From the NCBI GenBank assembly GCA_963822965.1, contig CAWGJT010000005.1:1152001-1216000 (forward strand): a DNA stretch of 64,000 bases, in the 5' to 3' direction. Each line of letters begins with the position of its first letter. Within the stretch, counting starts at the first letter, position 1. Below are positions 50,606-61,445 of this stretch, piece by piece. Origin of the DNA: an uncultured delta proteobacterium (GTDB taxonomy: Bacteria > Myxococcota_A > UBA9160 > UBA4427). The notes under the pieces are model-generated. The model ran no database searches. It saw nothing but the letters and a program-made list of their open reading frames with translations, and was not told the DNA's origin. The position numbers and the translations under genes were made by a program.

Positions 50606-50760
50606 CCCAAGACTCCCGTGAGAAGCCCTGGCGTCGAGGCGCGCCGGTGCCAAGGCGCGCGAGGAAGCCATGGCGCGGCCTGCGGCGACGCAGCGCAACG
50701 CAGGCACCGGCGATGCATCGGCGTCAGGGCGGCGCGAGGTGTCTTGGGTCAGGCTCCTAG
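50594..50760. mobile_element. MITE with perfect terminal inverted repeats and CTAG ends
   Basis: ctaggagcctgacccaagac ... gtcttgggtcaggctcctag (20-bp perfect inverted repeat including CTAG); 167 bp; no coding capacity. Confidence 0.85.
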
Positions 50761-50773
50761 CTCCGCGCGTTCC

Positions 50774-53027
50774 TCAGAACGGGTTGCACACCGGGACGCC
50801 GCCCGAGTCGGGGTTGTCGTCGGTGCGGTAGGGCTGGCCGTCGCAGACGTCGATCACCAGGCCCCAGTGGAGGAAGACGTCCTTCTGGAGCGCACCGCCG
50901 GGCTCACGCCGCGGGTCCTCGTGGGGGTCGCCGTCGTGGTTGGCCGGGATGTTGCCGTTCGGCGGCGTCGCGTTGCCACTGTCCCAGTAGACCATCGCGG
51001 AGCCCCAGTGCGGGTAGTCGGCGGTCGGCGTGAAGTAGGGATCCTCCTCCCAGTGCTTTCCCTCTTCGAGCGGCGGTCGCATCAGCTTCGCGCCCAGGGT
51101 GCGCGCCTCCACTTCGGCGGAGACGTTGGCCACCTGGTGATCGCCGATGGCGACGTGCATCAGGATCGCGTGCCGCGGCGTGTTGGGGAGCGGATGGCTC
51201 GCCATGTGCTGGGCGTAGCCGTTGGCCTCGGCGCGATCCCAGAGCATCTGGATCACGGCGAAGATCAGCTGCTGCAGCCGCTTGTCCGGGTAGTAGCCGT
51301 ACAGGATCTGGGAGAGCGGACTCGCCTCCCAGTCGACGCTGCGGTTGAGCAGGGTCGAGTAGTTCATGCCGGCGACGCCGAGCACGCCCCGGGGCGCGTC
51401 GGGGCTGAGCGCCATGAAGGCGCCGCCCATGATCGCTCCCTGGCTGTTGCCGTCGTAGACCAGCGTAGAGAGGCCCGCGAACCGGGCCGTCCGGATGAGC
51501 GGCCTCTCCTTGTGGCCGAGCAGCCACCACAGCAGGGGATGCCCAGGCGGCTCGTCGGTGCGGAAGGCGGGATCGGAGACGAAGCCCTTGGGGTGGACCA
51601 TCGCGCGCCCGACGAAGTCGAAGTTGAGGAAGCCCTGCTGGGCGCGGTCCACCAGGGTGGGGAGCCCCGAGAGATTCTGCAGCAGCGAAACGACGTTGGG
51701 GACGTCGTCGGCCGCCATTCCGATCCACGGCGTGGCGCAGGTCATGAACCCGCGCTTGCGCATCTGCTCGCCGGAGCCGCCGGTCACCTCGTTCGGGCTG
51801 CCCAGCAGTCCGTGACCGTAGAGCAGCGGCGTGGCCAGGTACGCGAGGCTCTCGAAGGGCTTGTACGGAATGTCGCACACGAACGGCGCCTCGATCTCGG
51901 GGGCGTCGCTGTTCAGGTCCGGAAGCTCATCGGCGTCGGCGTAGTTGAAGCGCGAGCCGGGCCCGCCCGGAACCCCGGTCGGATCGTTGCCCAGGTAGTT
52001 CGGGACCCAGACGATGCCGCGCACCCGGCGGCGCGTGTCCGCGTCGTAGCCCGGCGCCGCGGAATCGTCGTTCTGGAAATCCTCCACCGAGGTGACCTCG
52101 AAGTCGGGCGCCGAGCCCCGCACGCGCAGGTCGGCGAGGTTGGTGTCGCCCAGGCTCGCGAAGGCGTCGTCGCGGATGTGGAGTGACGCGCTCGCTCAGA
52201 TTGCGCGCGCTGGCCACCGTGAAGTCCCAGGCCAGGTAGAGGTCGTCGCGCCAGATGCCCGTCGCCTCGAGGGCGGCGAACAGCGCGTCCATGTGATCGG
52301 ACCGCGCATCGGACACGGTGCCGCTGCGATAGCCCAGGAAGTCCGCGTTCGGAGCGATCAGGCTCCCGTCGGCGCGCTTCAGGTTGCGCAGCGCCACGAT
52401 GTAGTGGTGCCCCTCCTTGAAGTTCACCGCCGGCCGAAGGATCAGCATCCGCTGGCTCGGCGGCGTGGCGGGGTGTTGATCGAGCTCCGACCAGAAGGGG
52501 TGACGCTCTCCGGTCGTCTCATCCAGAATCACGATCGGCGCGTCCTCGCGCAGGTAGCGACCCGGCGCGGCAATGTGGTCGCGGTAGTCGAAGTAGCCCA
52601 GCTGGTTCGGACCGATGCCGGGCAGCGAGGTGGGCTCGTCCTGGGTGCCCCAGGTGACGGGCAGGTCGAGCTCGGGAACGAAGGTCAGCACCGGCGATCC
52701 GGGTGAGAAGCCGTCGTTGTGGTTCCACTCGGTCGGGTCGATGGGCTGGGCGGCTGCGTTGCTGGGGAGTGCGGCGAAGGCCACGCGGCGGCCGGTATCC
52801 GTGGTCGCGTCCGCGGCCGTGAACAGATCGTTGGGGAACGGCAGCAGGCAGAGCGTGGGGTCGAGCGGGTCGCACGCCGCCGTCGGCGAGCCGGCCCGGG
52901 CCGAGCTCCCCGCGCCGATGAGGATCAGCAGACCCGCCAGCAGCGCGGCCGTTCGGGCTGCCGCTCGGATCCCCGAGTCGGTCGTGCTGGGCGTCGAGCT
53001 GAGCGTCGAGACGGTGCGCATGGTCAT
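50774..53027 (-). CDS. Secreted alpha/beta hydrolase with Ig-like N-terminal domain, split by a +1 frameshift at 52184
   Basis: Signal; CLLPFPNDLF, NDGFSP, LYGHGLLG, YDGNSQGAIMG and GDHQVAN motifs. Deleting one base restores SERVLHIRDDAFASLG. Confidence 0.8.
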
Positions 53028-53411
53028 GCTGTCGCTCCTCGTCGAGTGAGTGGCCTCCCCCTCCCCGCTACAGCCGAACATGCGCCGGCCGCGGCTGTCA
53101 AGCGGGTTCTCGCGCCGGGGGCCCTCGGGGCGCGCCGTCTCGCCCGCACGCCGTCTCGCCCGCAGAAGGCGGAGCGCACCGCTACGAGGCGGTCCGCGCC
53201 ACGTCGAGGGGATGGGACGAGTAGGCTGGCGGGGGACCGGACGCGTCGCCCTCGGAGCACACCCGGGGCCGGTGTCTTCTTCAACGAGCGCTCGGGGTTC
53301 GGCCGACGTCGGCGACGCCTCCGAAAGGCCTGCATCCACCTCGATCGGAGGTGAGCCCGTCGTGTTCTCCCGCGCGTCGGCCAGCGCGCTCTGCGATGGA
53401 GTAGGATCGAA

Positions 53412-53979
53412 GTGATGACGCGACGCCGCCGATTCCATCGGGAGCTCTCGGATGAACGGATCGCGCGGCTCCTCGGCTCGATCGACGAAGCGGCTCTCGA
53501 ACCGTCGAACTGGCAGGACGTTCTGGTGGAGCTTCGGGACGTGGCTGTCGCTTGCCCAGATCTTCTTCTCGGTCGACGAAGACGTCGCCTACGACATAGA
53601 CTCCGACCCTCGTGGGCAGCGCACGGGGAAGGCTCACGGCCGGGACGGTCTATGCGTTCGGTGTGACCGTGGGCGGTGGCACCTTTCCGCCGGCCAGCAG
53701 CTCCGTGACGAGTACCGGCCATGTCGAGCTTCGCTTCCTCGATGCCCCGAGCCCCGTGGGACGCTGGGGGGAGGGAACCTGGGGCTTGATGAGGTGGGGC
53801 ATCCCGAACGTGCCCGTCGCGGGCGCGCTCGGCGCCGTGGGTCTCGCGGCTGCGCTGATCGCCGTCGGACGGCGCCCGCTTGCGGTCCAGCAACGAGGGA
53901 GATGCAGCCCACTGCGGCTGACCCCGGGCTCGACGCGGCGTTCACCTTCGCCGACAGCCAGGTGGCCTGCCGCCCCTGA
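53412..53979 (+). pseudogene. Mosaic of remnants: regulator N-terminus, CTERM-tagged protein 3' end and another 3' end
   Basis: LLGSIDEAALEPSNWQDVL (N-terminus typical of LuxR-type regulators); ...VELRFLD..WGEGTWGLMRWG.PNVPVAGALGAVGLAAALIAVGRR; DPGLDAAFTFADSQVACRP*. The pieces are in different frames. Confidence 0.5.
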
Positions 53980-54027
53980 GCGCGGCGCGCGCCGCGCTTC
54001 GGGGCGCGGCATGCCATACTCCCTCGT

Positions 54028-54585
54028 ATGGATCCGAAGCAGACGACCACACTGCTGCGCACGCTCCACTACGCCGCGAACGTGCACCGGGACCAGCGAC
54101 GGAAGAACGCGGAGGCGCCACCGTACATCAACCACCCGATCGCCGTCGCCGAGCTGCTCACTCGCCAGGGCGGGGTGAGCGACCTGGTGACGATTCAGGC
54201 GGCCCTGCTCCACGACACCATCGAAGATACCGAGGCCACGGTCGAGGATCTCGAGATCCACTTCGGTGCGGAGGTCGCCGCCGTCGTCGCGGAGGTCACC
54301 GACGACAAGAGCCTCGAGAAGTCCGAACGCAGGCGCCTCCAGATCCTCCACTCGCCCGAGATTTCCGAGCGCGCCAAGCTCGTGGAGCTCTGCGACAAGA
54401 TCTGCAACGTCGAAGACATCACCCACAACCCGCCGAAGACCTGGGACCTGAAGCGCCGGATGGACTACCTCGACTGGACCGAAGAAGTCGTCAGCGGTCT
54501 GCGCGGCACCAATGCGGCGCTCGAGCACCTCTACGACAAGACCCTCGCCCATGGACGCCAGGTCCTGGGCAAGGTCGAAGGCTGA
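54028..54585 (+). CDS. HD-domain small alarmone hydrolase (SpoT-HD/Mesh1-like)
   Basis: HRDQRRK...PYINHP...[11 protein letters not shown]...EVTDDK...VELCDKICN motifs. Confidence 0.9.
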   Translation: MDPKQTTTLLRTLHYAANVHRDQRRKNAEAPPYINHPIAVAELLTRQGGVSDLVTIQAALLHDTIEDTEATVEDLEIHFGAEVAAVVAEVTDDKSLEKSERRRLQILHSPEISERAKLVELCDKICNVEDITHNPPKTWDLKRRMDYLDWTEEVVSGLRGTNAALEHLYDKTLAHGRQVLGKVEG

Positions 54586-54624
54586 AAGGGGACGACGCGG
54601 TCGTCGCGCAGGTGACCGGCCGAG

Positions 54625-55632
54625 TTAGAGGTGCCGGTACTCGCGCAGCAGGTGACCCTGTTCCTGCAGCCAGCGGATCGCGTCGCGCAGGGTCTCCCGG
54701 GGGCTGCGGTACACGAGCCCGAGCTCTTCCCGGACGCCGCGATCGTCCGAGCGGGCCCACTCGGTCATGTAGGTCGTGCTCTCGACGCTGATCGGGAGTG
54801 GGAGTGGAACGAATCGGCTCACCAGGTCTCCCACGCCCCCGAGCCACTTCAGGACCGACGCCGGCGCTGGAATGCGCAGAAACGACTCGTCGGTCACCTC
54901 CTCGAGCAGGTCCGTCAGCTCGGGCCACGTAAAGAAGCTGCCGCCCATCACGTAGCGTGCCGGAGGACCCCCGCGTTCGAGCAGCATGCGATGCGCCTGC
55001 GCCAGATCGCGCACGTCGACGAACTGGAACCCGCTCGTGGTCTCACAGACCGCGCGCGAGTCGAGAATGGCCTTGAGACCGGCGAGCGCCTCGCTCAAGC
55101 CCGGGTCGTCCGGTCCGAGGATGCTGCCCGGATAGGTGGTGTAGATCGGCGCGCCCTCCGACTGCAGCTGCCTCACGTAGCGGTCGCACTCGATCTTCGA
55201 TCGGCCGTATCCGGACGCAGCTTCGCCCAGAGGCGAAGCATCGTCGATTCGCGTCACACCGGGCGCGAACAAAGCCGTCGTGCTCGACACCTGCAGCATT
55301 CGCTCGACACCCTGCTTCCTGGCCTGCCCCAGCACCACCTCCGTCCCCCGCAGGTTGTTCCAGAGCACGCGATCCGTATCGTTCGCATGGACGCTCACCA
55401 TGGCAGCGGCGTGGACGACCGCATCGCATCCGGCGAGCGCCTTCTCGACGGACCGCGGGGCGGTGATGTCGCCGCGCACGCAGTCGACATCCTCGAGACC
55501 CTCCGGCGCGAAGGCGTTCATCATCTTGTCGAGGCTGCGAACCAGGAGACAGAGCTCGTGCCCCGCCCGGTGCAGCGCCAGCGCCGTATGGAATCCGACG
55601 AATCCCGTAGCGCCCGTGATCATCACGCGCAT
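54625..55632 (-). CDS. NAD-dependent epimerase/dehydratase (DFR-like extended SDR)
   Basis: ITGATGFVG, VVHAAA, YGRSK and VDVRDLAQAH motifs; GGAGG RBS. Confidence 0.9.
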   Translation of the reverse strand: MRVMITGATGFVGFHTALALHRAGHELCLLVRSLDKMMNAFAPEGLEDVDCVRGDITAPRSVEKALAGCDAVVHAAAMVSVHANDTDRVLWNNLRGTEVVLGQARKQGVERMLQVSSTTALFAPGVTRIDDASPLGEAASGYGRSKIECDRYVRQLQSEGAPIYTTYPGSILGPDDPGLSEALAGLKAILDSRAVCETTSGFQFVDVRDLAQAHRMLLERGGPPARYVMGGSFFTWPELTDLLEEVTDESFLRIPAPASVLKWLGGVGDLVSRFVPLPLPISVESTTYMTEWARSDDRGVREELGLVYRSPRETLRDAIRWLQEQGHLLREYRHL

Positions 55633-55715
55633 CGGCCAGCCTCCATGCCTTCGTGAAGCGTAACGTGCCATTTTTCGTGCGAGTCGGAGGGGAATCGGGC
55701 GTTGGCCGAAACCTT

Positions 55716-56186
55716 CTACGAGCCGGCGTCGGGGAACGCGAGCCCGCAGTCGGCGCACTCGGCGTCCGAGGGCCCGACCGCGTGGCCGCAGGCGGGACAG
55801 CAGGTGCCGTCGTCCTCGCGGTTCTCGTAGTCCTCCGGCAGGTCGGGAAGCTCCCGAGCGAGAACCCGGGCTTCCAGCTCCCGCGCCTCGTCGAGTCGGC
55901 CCGCCGGAACGAAGATCGCGATCCGGGCCATGTGGCCCGAGCTGCCATGCGCGAACTCCACCAGGCGGGTCCCTCCGTCCGGATCGAGCTCGAACGGAAT
56001 TTGCGCCACGCGCAGCGCCTCGAGCAGGGGAGCCGCGAAGATGGGCTCACGCCGCGTGAGAAGCGTCACGTCCGAGACGGGCGCCGCGGCCTCCGCGGCC
56101 GGCGCGTCGCGCAGGGGCCGGCCGCAGTGGACGCAGCGGCTCAGGTCGACGTCGAACTGCGCGTTGCAGTGCGTGCAGAGCTTCAT
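55716..56186 (-). CDS. Double zinc-ribbon protein with central DUF2007-like domain
   Basis: CTHC/CVHC at the N-terminus, CPAC/CADC at the C-terminus, LRVAQIPF...IFVP..RLDEARE between. Confidence 0.75.
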   Translation of the reverse strand: MKLCTHCNAQFDVDLSRCVHCGRPLRDAPAAEAAAPVSDVTLLTRREPIFAAPLLEALRVAQIPFELDPDGGTRLVEFAHGSSGHMARIAIFVPAGRLDEARELEARVLARELPDLPEDYENREDDGTCCPACGHAVGPSDAECADCGLAFPDAGS

Positions 56187-56432
56187 CGACTCGAACTCCT
56201 CGCCCGTCCCGCCACCCGACGGACCCGGTGCTCAGCGGCGAGCGCCGGCGAGGTGTGTTCGAGGTCGCCGTCTCCCACCGTCCGGTGCGCCGCTGCCCAA
56301 TGGATCAGTAGCAAATGCCGCGAATGCAGTGAACTGGGTTTGGCAGCTCGTCGCTTGGGACCCGTCCGAGACTGGGCTTCGTATTGCCAATATACGCACT
56401 GTTCGAGCGGGAAGTCGCGTTGGTCGACCAAG

Positions 56433-56576
56433 GCCAACGCGCTCGGCAACGACGTCAGCGTGCTGCTCGGCAACGGCGACGGCACGTTCCAGGCCCCGGT
56501 GACGTTCGCGACCGGCGGGACGCCGCGCCTCGTCGCCATCGCCGACGTCGACGGAAACACCGCAAACGACCTCCTG
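56433..56576 (+). pseudogene. Isolated FG-GAP repeat fragment
   Basis: ANALGNDVSVLLGNGDGTFQAPVTFATGGTPRLVAIADVDG; no start, and no coding continuation on either side. Confidence 0.7.
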
Positions 56577-56686
56577 GGCGCCCGCGAGACCGGCGAGGAC
56601 GGTCCGTCCGCTCGCGTGGCAGCGCATGATCTTCTCCAGCTTCTACGGGCATCGCGCCAGAACGCGGCTTGAACACCCTATCCACC

Positions 56687-58255
56687 TCAGAAGCACACGC
56701 CCCACTCGATCCCGTCGACGAAGACCGAGGGCGTGAGCGTCACGCAGGTCTCGCCGCCGAGGCACCCGGCCGCTCCCTCGGCCACTCGACAGAACCGATT
56801 GCAGGTATCGAGGCCTCCCAAGCACAGGAATCCCGGTGCGCAGTCGCTCAGTGACGAGCAGGCGACCCCCTGCGTCCCGCTTCCGCTGGTCGGGGAGCAG
56901 ACGCCGATGTCGCCGAGCGACGTGCTCGAGTCGGGATAGCAGCCCTCGCTCGTGCCGCACTCGGGCTCGGGATTCGCGAGGTCGGTGCAGACCTCGCGCA
57001 CCTGCAGCGTGCCAGGTGTCCCGTAGCCATCCGTCGAGCCCTCGGGTGCACGATCGCAGTACGTCCAGCTGGCACCGGCATCGAGCGAGAAGCGGTAGAG
57101 CGTGTCGTAGTCGACGGGCACCGTCGGCGCGACGTCGGCCTGATACTCGTCGACGTTCGGATCGCCCGCGGCCGTCCCGTCCCAGGCCGGATTCGCGGCC
57201 GCTGCCGTCCACGTCCAGCTGGGATCCGTCGTCGGATCCGTCGCCGGCGCACCCAATCCGACCTCGGACACCAGGGTCGCGAGTGGATCGATCCCGGGCG
57301 TGATGTTCGTGAGACCCGGCACGGAGACCCGGCCGTAGATCGTGATGGAATCACCGAGCGCAAGCCCCGTATCGAGCGGGAACTGCAGCGTGCAGGCGGC
57401 GATCGCGAGCGAGCAGGAGAGGCCCTCGTCGATCATCCCGTCGCAGTCGTTGTCGATCGCATCGCAGATCTCGGGGTTGCCCGGGTAGCTTGCGGGCTCG
57501 CCGTCGTCGCAGTCGGCCGGCGCGCAGTCCAGGTACGCGCCGTCGCCGTCGGCGTCCGTACAGACCGTCGTGCAGGTCGAGCCGCTGCAGCTCGTGGTGC
57601 CGAATGGCGCGCCGCCGGTCACGTCGGCGCCGCCGTTGTCGCTTAGCACCGAGTTCCCGAGGCCGGTGGCGACGCCGAGTACGGCACCGGCGAGCCCATT
57701 TCCAACCGCGACGGCGCCGAGCACCGCACCGTGGCTGCCGACCTGGAAGCCATTGCCCGCCCCGCCCGACGCCTGACTGTCCTGGATCCGACCGCGGTCG
57801 CCGAGCGCGATGCCCACGCGCCCGTTCGCGCGCGCTTCGACGCGCTCGACGACGGACTCGTCACCGAGCTCGATGCCGCCATCGGCGAAGCCGCGGACGA
57901 TCCCATTCGAGATGCGCGTGCCGATGACGCTCGAGCTGATCCCGCGCCCGGCAACGCCGGCGCAGGCAGACGGGCTGCAGTCGCCGGGCGCCCGCACGGC
58001 AAAGCCGTTCAGGTCGAGCGTCACGTCTTCTGCCGTGATTTCGATCCCATTCGTATCGGCGGGAACCTGGAGCGGGCTCGTCAGGCGGTAGCTTCCGGAA
58101 GCTCCGATCGTCACCGGATAGCCGACGGTGTCGGACGGGAAGCATCCGGTCTGTACCGCGCATGTCTGGCTGATCTCGACGACGCCGTCCACGGCGAACG
58201 CGGGCAGCGGCACGAGCAGGGCGAGAGCAGCAACGATCCAAGCCCGATGAAGCAT
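56687..58255 (-). CDS. Multidomain secreted protein: beta-helix, MopE-like metal-binding motif, Ig-like domain, Cys-rich tail
   Basis: Signal ..PAFA; GSYRLT...VTLDLNGF; DCDD...YPGNPEICDAIDNDCDGMIDEG; YRFSLDAGASWTYCD. Confidence 0.8.
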   Translation of the reverse strand: MLHRAWIVAALALLVPLPAFAVDGVVEISQTCAVQTGCFPSDTVGYPVTIGASGSYRLTSPLQVPADTNGIEITAEDVTLDLNGFAVRAPGDCSPSACAGVAGRGISSSVIGTRISNGIVRGFADGGIELGDESVVERVEARANGRVGIALGDRGRIQDSQASGGAGNGFQVGSHGAVLGAVAVGNGLAGAVLGVATGLGNSVLSDNGGADVTGGAPFGTTSCSGSTCTTVCTDADGDGAYLDCAPADCDDGEPASYPGNPEICDAIDNDCDGMIDEGLSCSLAIAACTLQFPLDTGLALGDSITIYGRVSVPGLTNITPGIDPLATLVSEVGLGAPATDPTTDPSWTWTAAAANPAWDGTAAGDPNVDEYQADVAPTVPVDYDTLYRFSLDAGASWTYCDRAPEGSTDGYGTPGTLQVREVCTDLANPEPECGTSEGCYPDSSTSLGDIGVCSPTSGSGTQGVACSSLSDCAPGFLCLGGLDTCNRFCRVAEGAAGCLGGETCVTLTPSVFVDGIEWGVCF

Positions 58256-58910
58256 CCGGGACGAGCTCCACTTTCGGTCGACAGCTCGATCCTACCATGG
58301 GGCGGGTGTGTAGATGCAACGCCGTCGGCGGCCGGGTGGGGCGACGGGGGCAGCTTGGCCCCCGTCACGTCCTGCGCCCCCACCGGGTCCGGGGTCGGTA
58401 TCACCGCCTCCGAGCGCGGCGTCGTGATCTGCAAGGGCCAGATCCGCGGGATGGGGAATCGGACTGATCGCTTGCCCCTGATCGAGGAGGGAGGACGAAC
58501 AAGCTCGGTTCTGGTCCGAGGTCCGGGCAGGGGTGCTCTGTCGGTCCCCCTCTCCGGGGTCCCGCGGGAGAAGGCGGGGCAACCCGAAGCTCGAGCGGGT
58601 CGCACTCGAATCGGGAGCCGCCACCCGACGCCCTGGAGTGCCGCCCCGCAGGCGCGCCAGATTTTCGGCCGAAGTGATCGAAGTGAGCTCGGTGCCCTCG
58701 GGGCGGCGCCCAGCGGGGAGATGCAGCGCAACCGTCGCGAGATGGTGTTGGTCTCCCGAGGCAATTTGATGGGAACGCGCTCGCGTGTCTCTGGTAGGAT
58801 GCCGGCCTCACGCGAAGCCCGAGCCAGCGCGTGCCGACTTCGGCGCGCGACCCTCACGGCAGCCGCACGATCCCAACCACAATGACGAAGCCCATGCCGA
58901 GGAGGTTCCG

Positions 58911-59705
58911 ATGCCTTCCCGCCGATCGATCCAGAGCTTCGCTCTCGCGGCGTTCGCCGCGACGGCCATTGGATGTCAGTACGACACGCCGAATCGCGAG
59001 CTGCATGTCAACGATCACGACCAGTTCACCCCGAGCGGCCGAATCTCCTACGAGATCTACCCGGGGATCGAGACCAGGCGCAAGGGAGCCCTGCTCGATC
59101 TCGTGACCGAGTCGCCGAAGGAGGAGAAAGCCGAGGAAGCGATGACCGCACGCAGCACGGGCGTCAAGGGCACGATCTCGATCGAGGGCGAGGTCGCCGC
59201 CGTCAACGGCCGGGACCACCGGCAGCTCGCGGCGGGCGACCAGGTCGAGATGGGTGGCGTGGTCATTCCCGGGCCTGCGCGCATCTCCGTGAAGGCGGAG
59301 AACCTGCGCGGCTATGTCGCGGCCCGCGGCGGAGTCCGCATCTTCGACGTCCTCAGCGTGGAGGGGATCACCGGAATCGCCGTCGACAAGACCGAGGTGC
59401 GGCTCCGGGGGGGCGGGGTCGGCACGAAGGACCACGACGTCGACGAGGGTCTGCTGCTGGGATTGCGAACGACGCTGCGGCCGATCGCACTCTTCGACAT
59501 CTACTACCAATTGACCGTCAACATTCACGACTGGACGGAGGACCCGATCGAAGACACGCAGGTCGGCCTCGAGCTGAACCTCACCCGGAACGTCTCGGTC
59601 TTCGGGGGCTATCGCTGGTGGAGCTACCAGGAGCATCACTACGAGGTGTCGGACATCGACCTCAGCCTTCGCGGGCCCACCGCGGGGCTGAGCCTGAAGT
59701 TCTGA
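58911..59705 (+). CDS. Putative outer-membrane beta-barrel protein with lipoprotein-like signal
   Basis: GGAGG RBS; TAIGC; alternating strands, VFGGYRW and C-terminal GPTAGLSLKF. Confidence 0.75.
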   Translation: MPSRRSIQSFALAAFAATAIGCQYDTPNRELHVNDHDQFTPSGRISYEIYPGIETRRKGALLDLVTESPKEEKAEEAMTARSTGVKGTISIEGEVAAVNGRDHRQLAAGDQVEMGGVVIPGPARISVKAENLRGYVAARGGVRIFDVLSVEGITGIAVDKTEVRLRGGGVGTKDHDVDEGLLLGLRTTLRPIALFDIYYQLTVNIHDWTEDPIEDTQVGLELNLTRNVSVFGGYRWWSYQEHHYEVSDIDLSLRGPTAGLSLKF

Positions 59706-59850
59706 CGCATCACGACCGTCAGGATCGCGACCAGCGGGCGACGGCTGCGTAGAGCGGGGTCGGCATGTCCCAGTTGGAAGCGACCCGGCCGATCGGGAGA
59801 TGAGCGATACGAGCGGTATGCGGGCGCTCGGCGTGGCCCTCGAGTTGCCG

Positions 59851-60096
59851 TCATGCTCCCTGCAGCGCTGCGCTCACCTGCTCCAGGAGAGCGATCAGCG
59901 TGGCGACGTCGGCGCCATCCGCTTGCGCGAGTGCCAGAGCGTCGAGCGCCTGCTGTAGGAACGCGAGCGCGGCATCGGTGTTTCCGTTCTCGATCTTGTG
60001 GAGCGCCCCGTTGGTGCTCTCCGGGACGCTGCCGGCCAGTGCCTTGTGTGCCTTGCCCAGCGCGTCGAGCTCGTGCTCCCCAAACGCGAAAATCAC
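59851..60096 (-). pseudogene. Chimeric remnant: first 11 codons of a winged-helix regulator fused to a helical 3' end of another gene
   Basis: MIFAFGEHELD matches the start of CadC-like proteins (compare 37745), but the HTH is absent. Confidence 0.55.
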
Positions 60097-61153
60097 ACCG
60101 GCGTCCGCCTCTGGCCCGATCGCCCCACGATTCCCTCTGCCGACCTCAAGAATACCTCGCCGGTGAAGAGGAAAGGCGAAAAGTCGGTACTGGCCTGAGG
60201 TCCGGAAGGGGTGTTATGTCAATCCCCCCTCCGGGTCCCGCGGCAGGCGGCGGGGCCTCCTCGGCCTCGATGTACCGGACGCGGGACCTCCTGCGCGAGC
60301 ATCGTTGACTGGCCAGGCCAGGAGCTCGCGCGTTCGACGTAGGAGAGCTGCTGGCGACTTCCCCTTCACCGCCCCGAGGCCACCTACGTCGCCCACGCCT
60401 TTCGGAAGCAGACGTTCGCCCTTCGACGAGGCATTCGCAGGGTGATCGAGGCATGTAGGGAAGAAGGGATTCAGCATCGTCGACACGGTCGCCGATCTCG
60501 CCGCGTGTGGGGCGGCCGTCCTCGGCGCGAACCCACGACGCCTGGATCAGCGATGACCAACAGCACGGGAACAACGAATACGGAGTAGGGGAAATGCCAG
60601 GCGTCGCGCGCCTCCTCGATGGTCAAGGCGATGAGAAGGGAATACGTCGGCGAGGACGATGAGAAGGCAGAGCGCCGTCACGATCCCCGTGGCGACGCAC
60701 AGCCCTTGCAGCACGCGCCGGCCGCGCGAAGGAGCTCGCGTCATACGGCCTGCATCCGCTCGAGCCGTCCGACGCCGCCAGCCACACCCAGGGCGACGGC
60801 GATACCGAGCAGCCCGCTGGCGGCCAACAGGATCGCTTGCTCCGCACGTCCCAGCTGGCTCTCTCCTGCTGTCCGGATCGTCATGCCCGGCCCCGCTGGA
60901 CATCCTCGAGTTGGGTAGACGACGACGACACCCAACGAGAGGAGGCACCGATGGAACGCTAGATCGGGATGGACGTTCAGCCGCGAGCTGCACGCTGGCC
61001 CGTCGTACCGGACACCCCAGGGAGGGCTGAACGAAGATGATCGCGTTCGGGTCGTTGTCGACCAGGGGGATGGTGAAGCGGTGTACTGGACGTTTCCGGT
61101 CCCCGCCCGGTCGCCCCAGCCTGCTGCTTCGCAGCCGGCAGCGCGCGGGTCGT

Positions 61154-61445
61154 TCAGCGCGAGCCGCCGCCCTCGGCCCGGTCCCACAGCGTCTGGCGCA
61201 CGTACAGCAGCGCCCACATGTTCGGCCGCAGCTGGAAGCGCTCGATGTGATGCGAGCTCTCGAGCGACGGGGCGAGCGCGCCGCGCTGGGGCTCGTCGAT
61301 CAGGATCATGTCGGTCGACGGCGACGCCGCTGCGACGTCGGCCGCGGTCCGGAAGCGCACGTTCTTGATGCCGCGCAGGTAGAAGTAGAGCGACGCGTTG
61401 TCGAGCCAGTCGTAGACCTGGACCGAGGGCGGCGGGGCCGCGCCC
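61154..61445 (-). pseudogene. Orphan 3' end, possibly of a membrane glycosyltransferase-like gene
   Basis: VQVYDWLDNASLYFYLRG...ILID...ERFQLRP...LLYVR; coding-like codon usage but no credible start. Confidence 0.4.

Noticed and set aside
58256..58910. Long intergenic region as a possible ncRNA
   Set aside because: Only a GC-rich 9-bp hairpin was seen; nothing matches an RNA family I recognise. An Rfam/Infernal search would be decisive.
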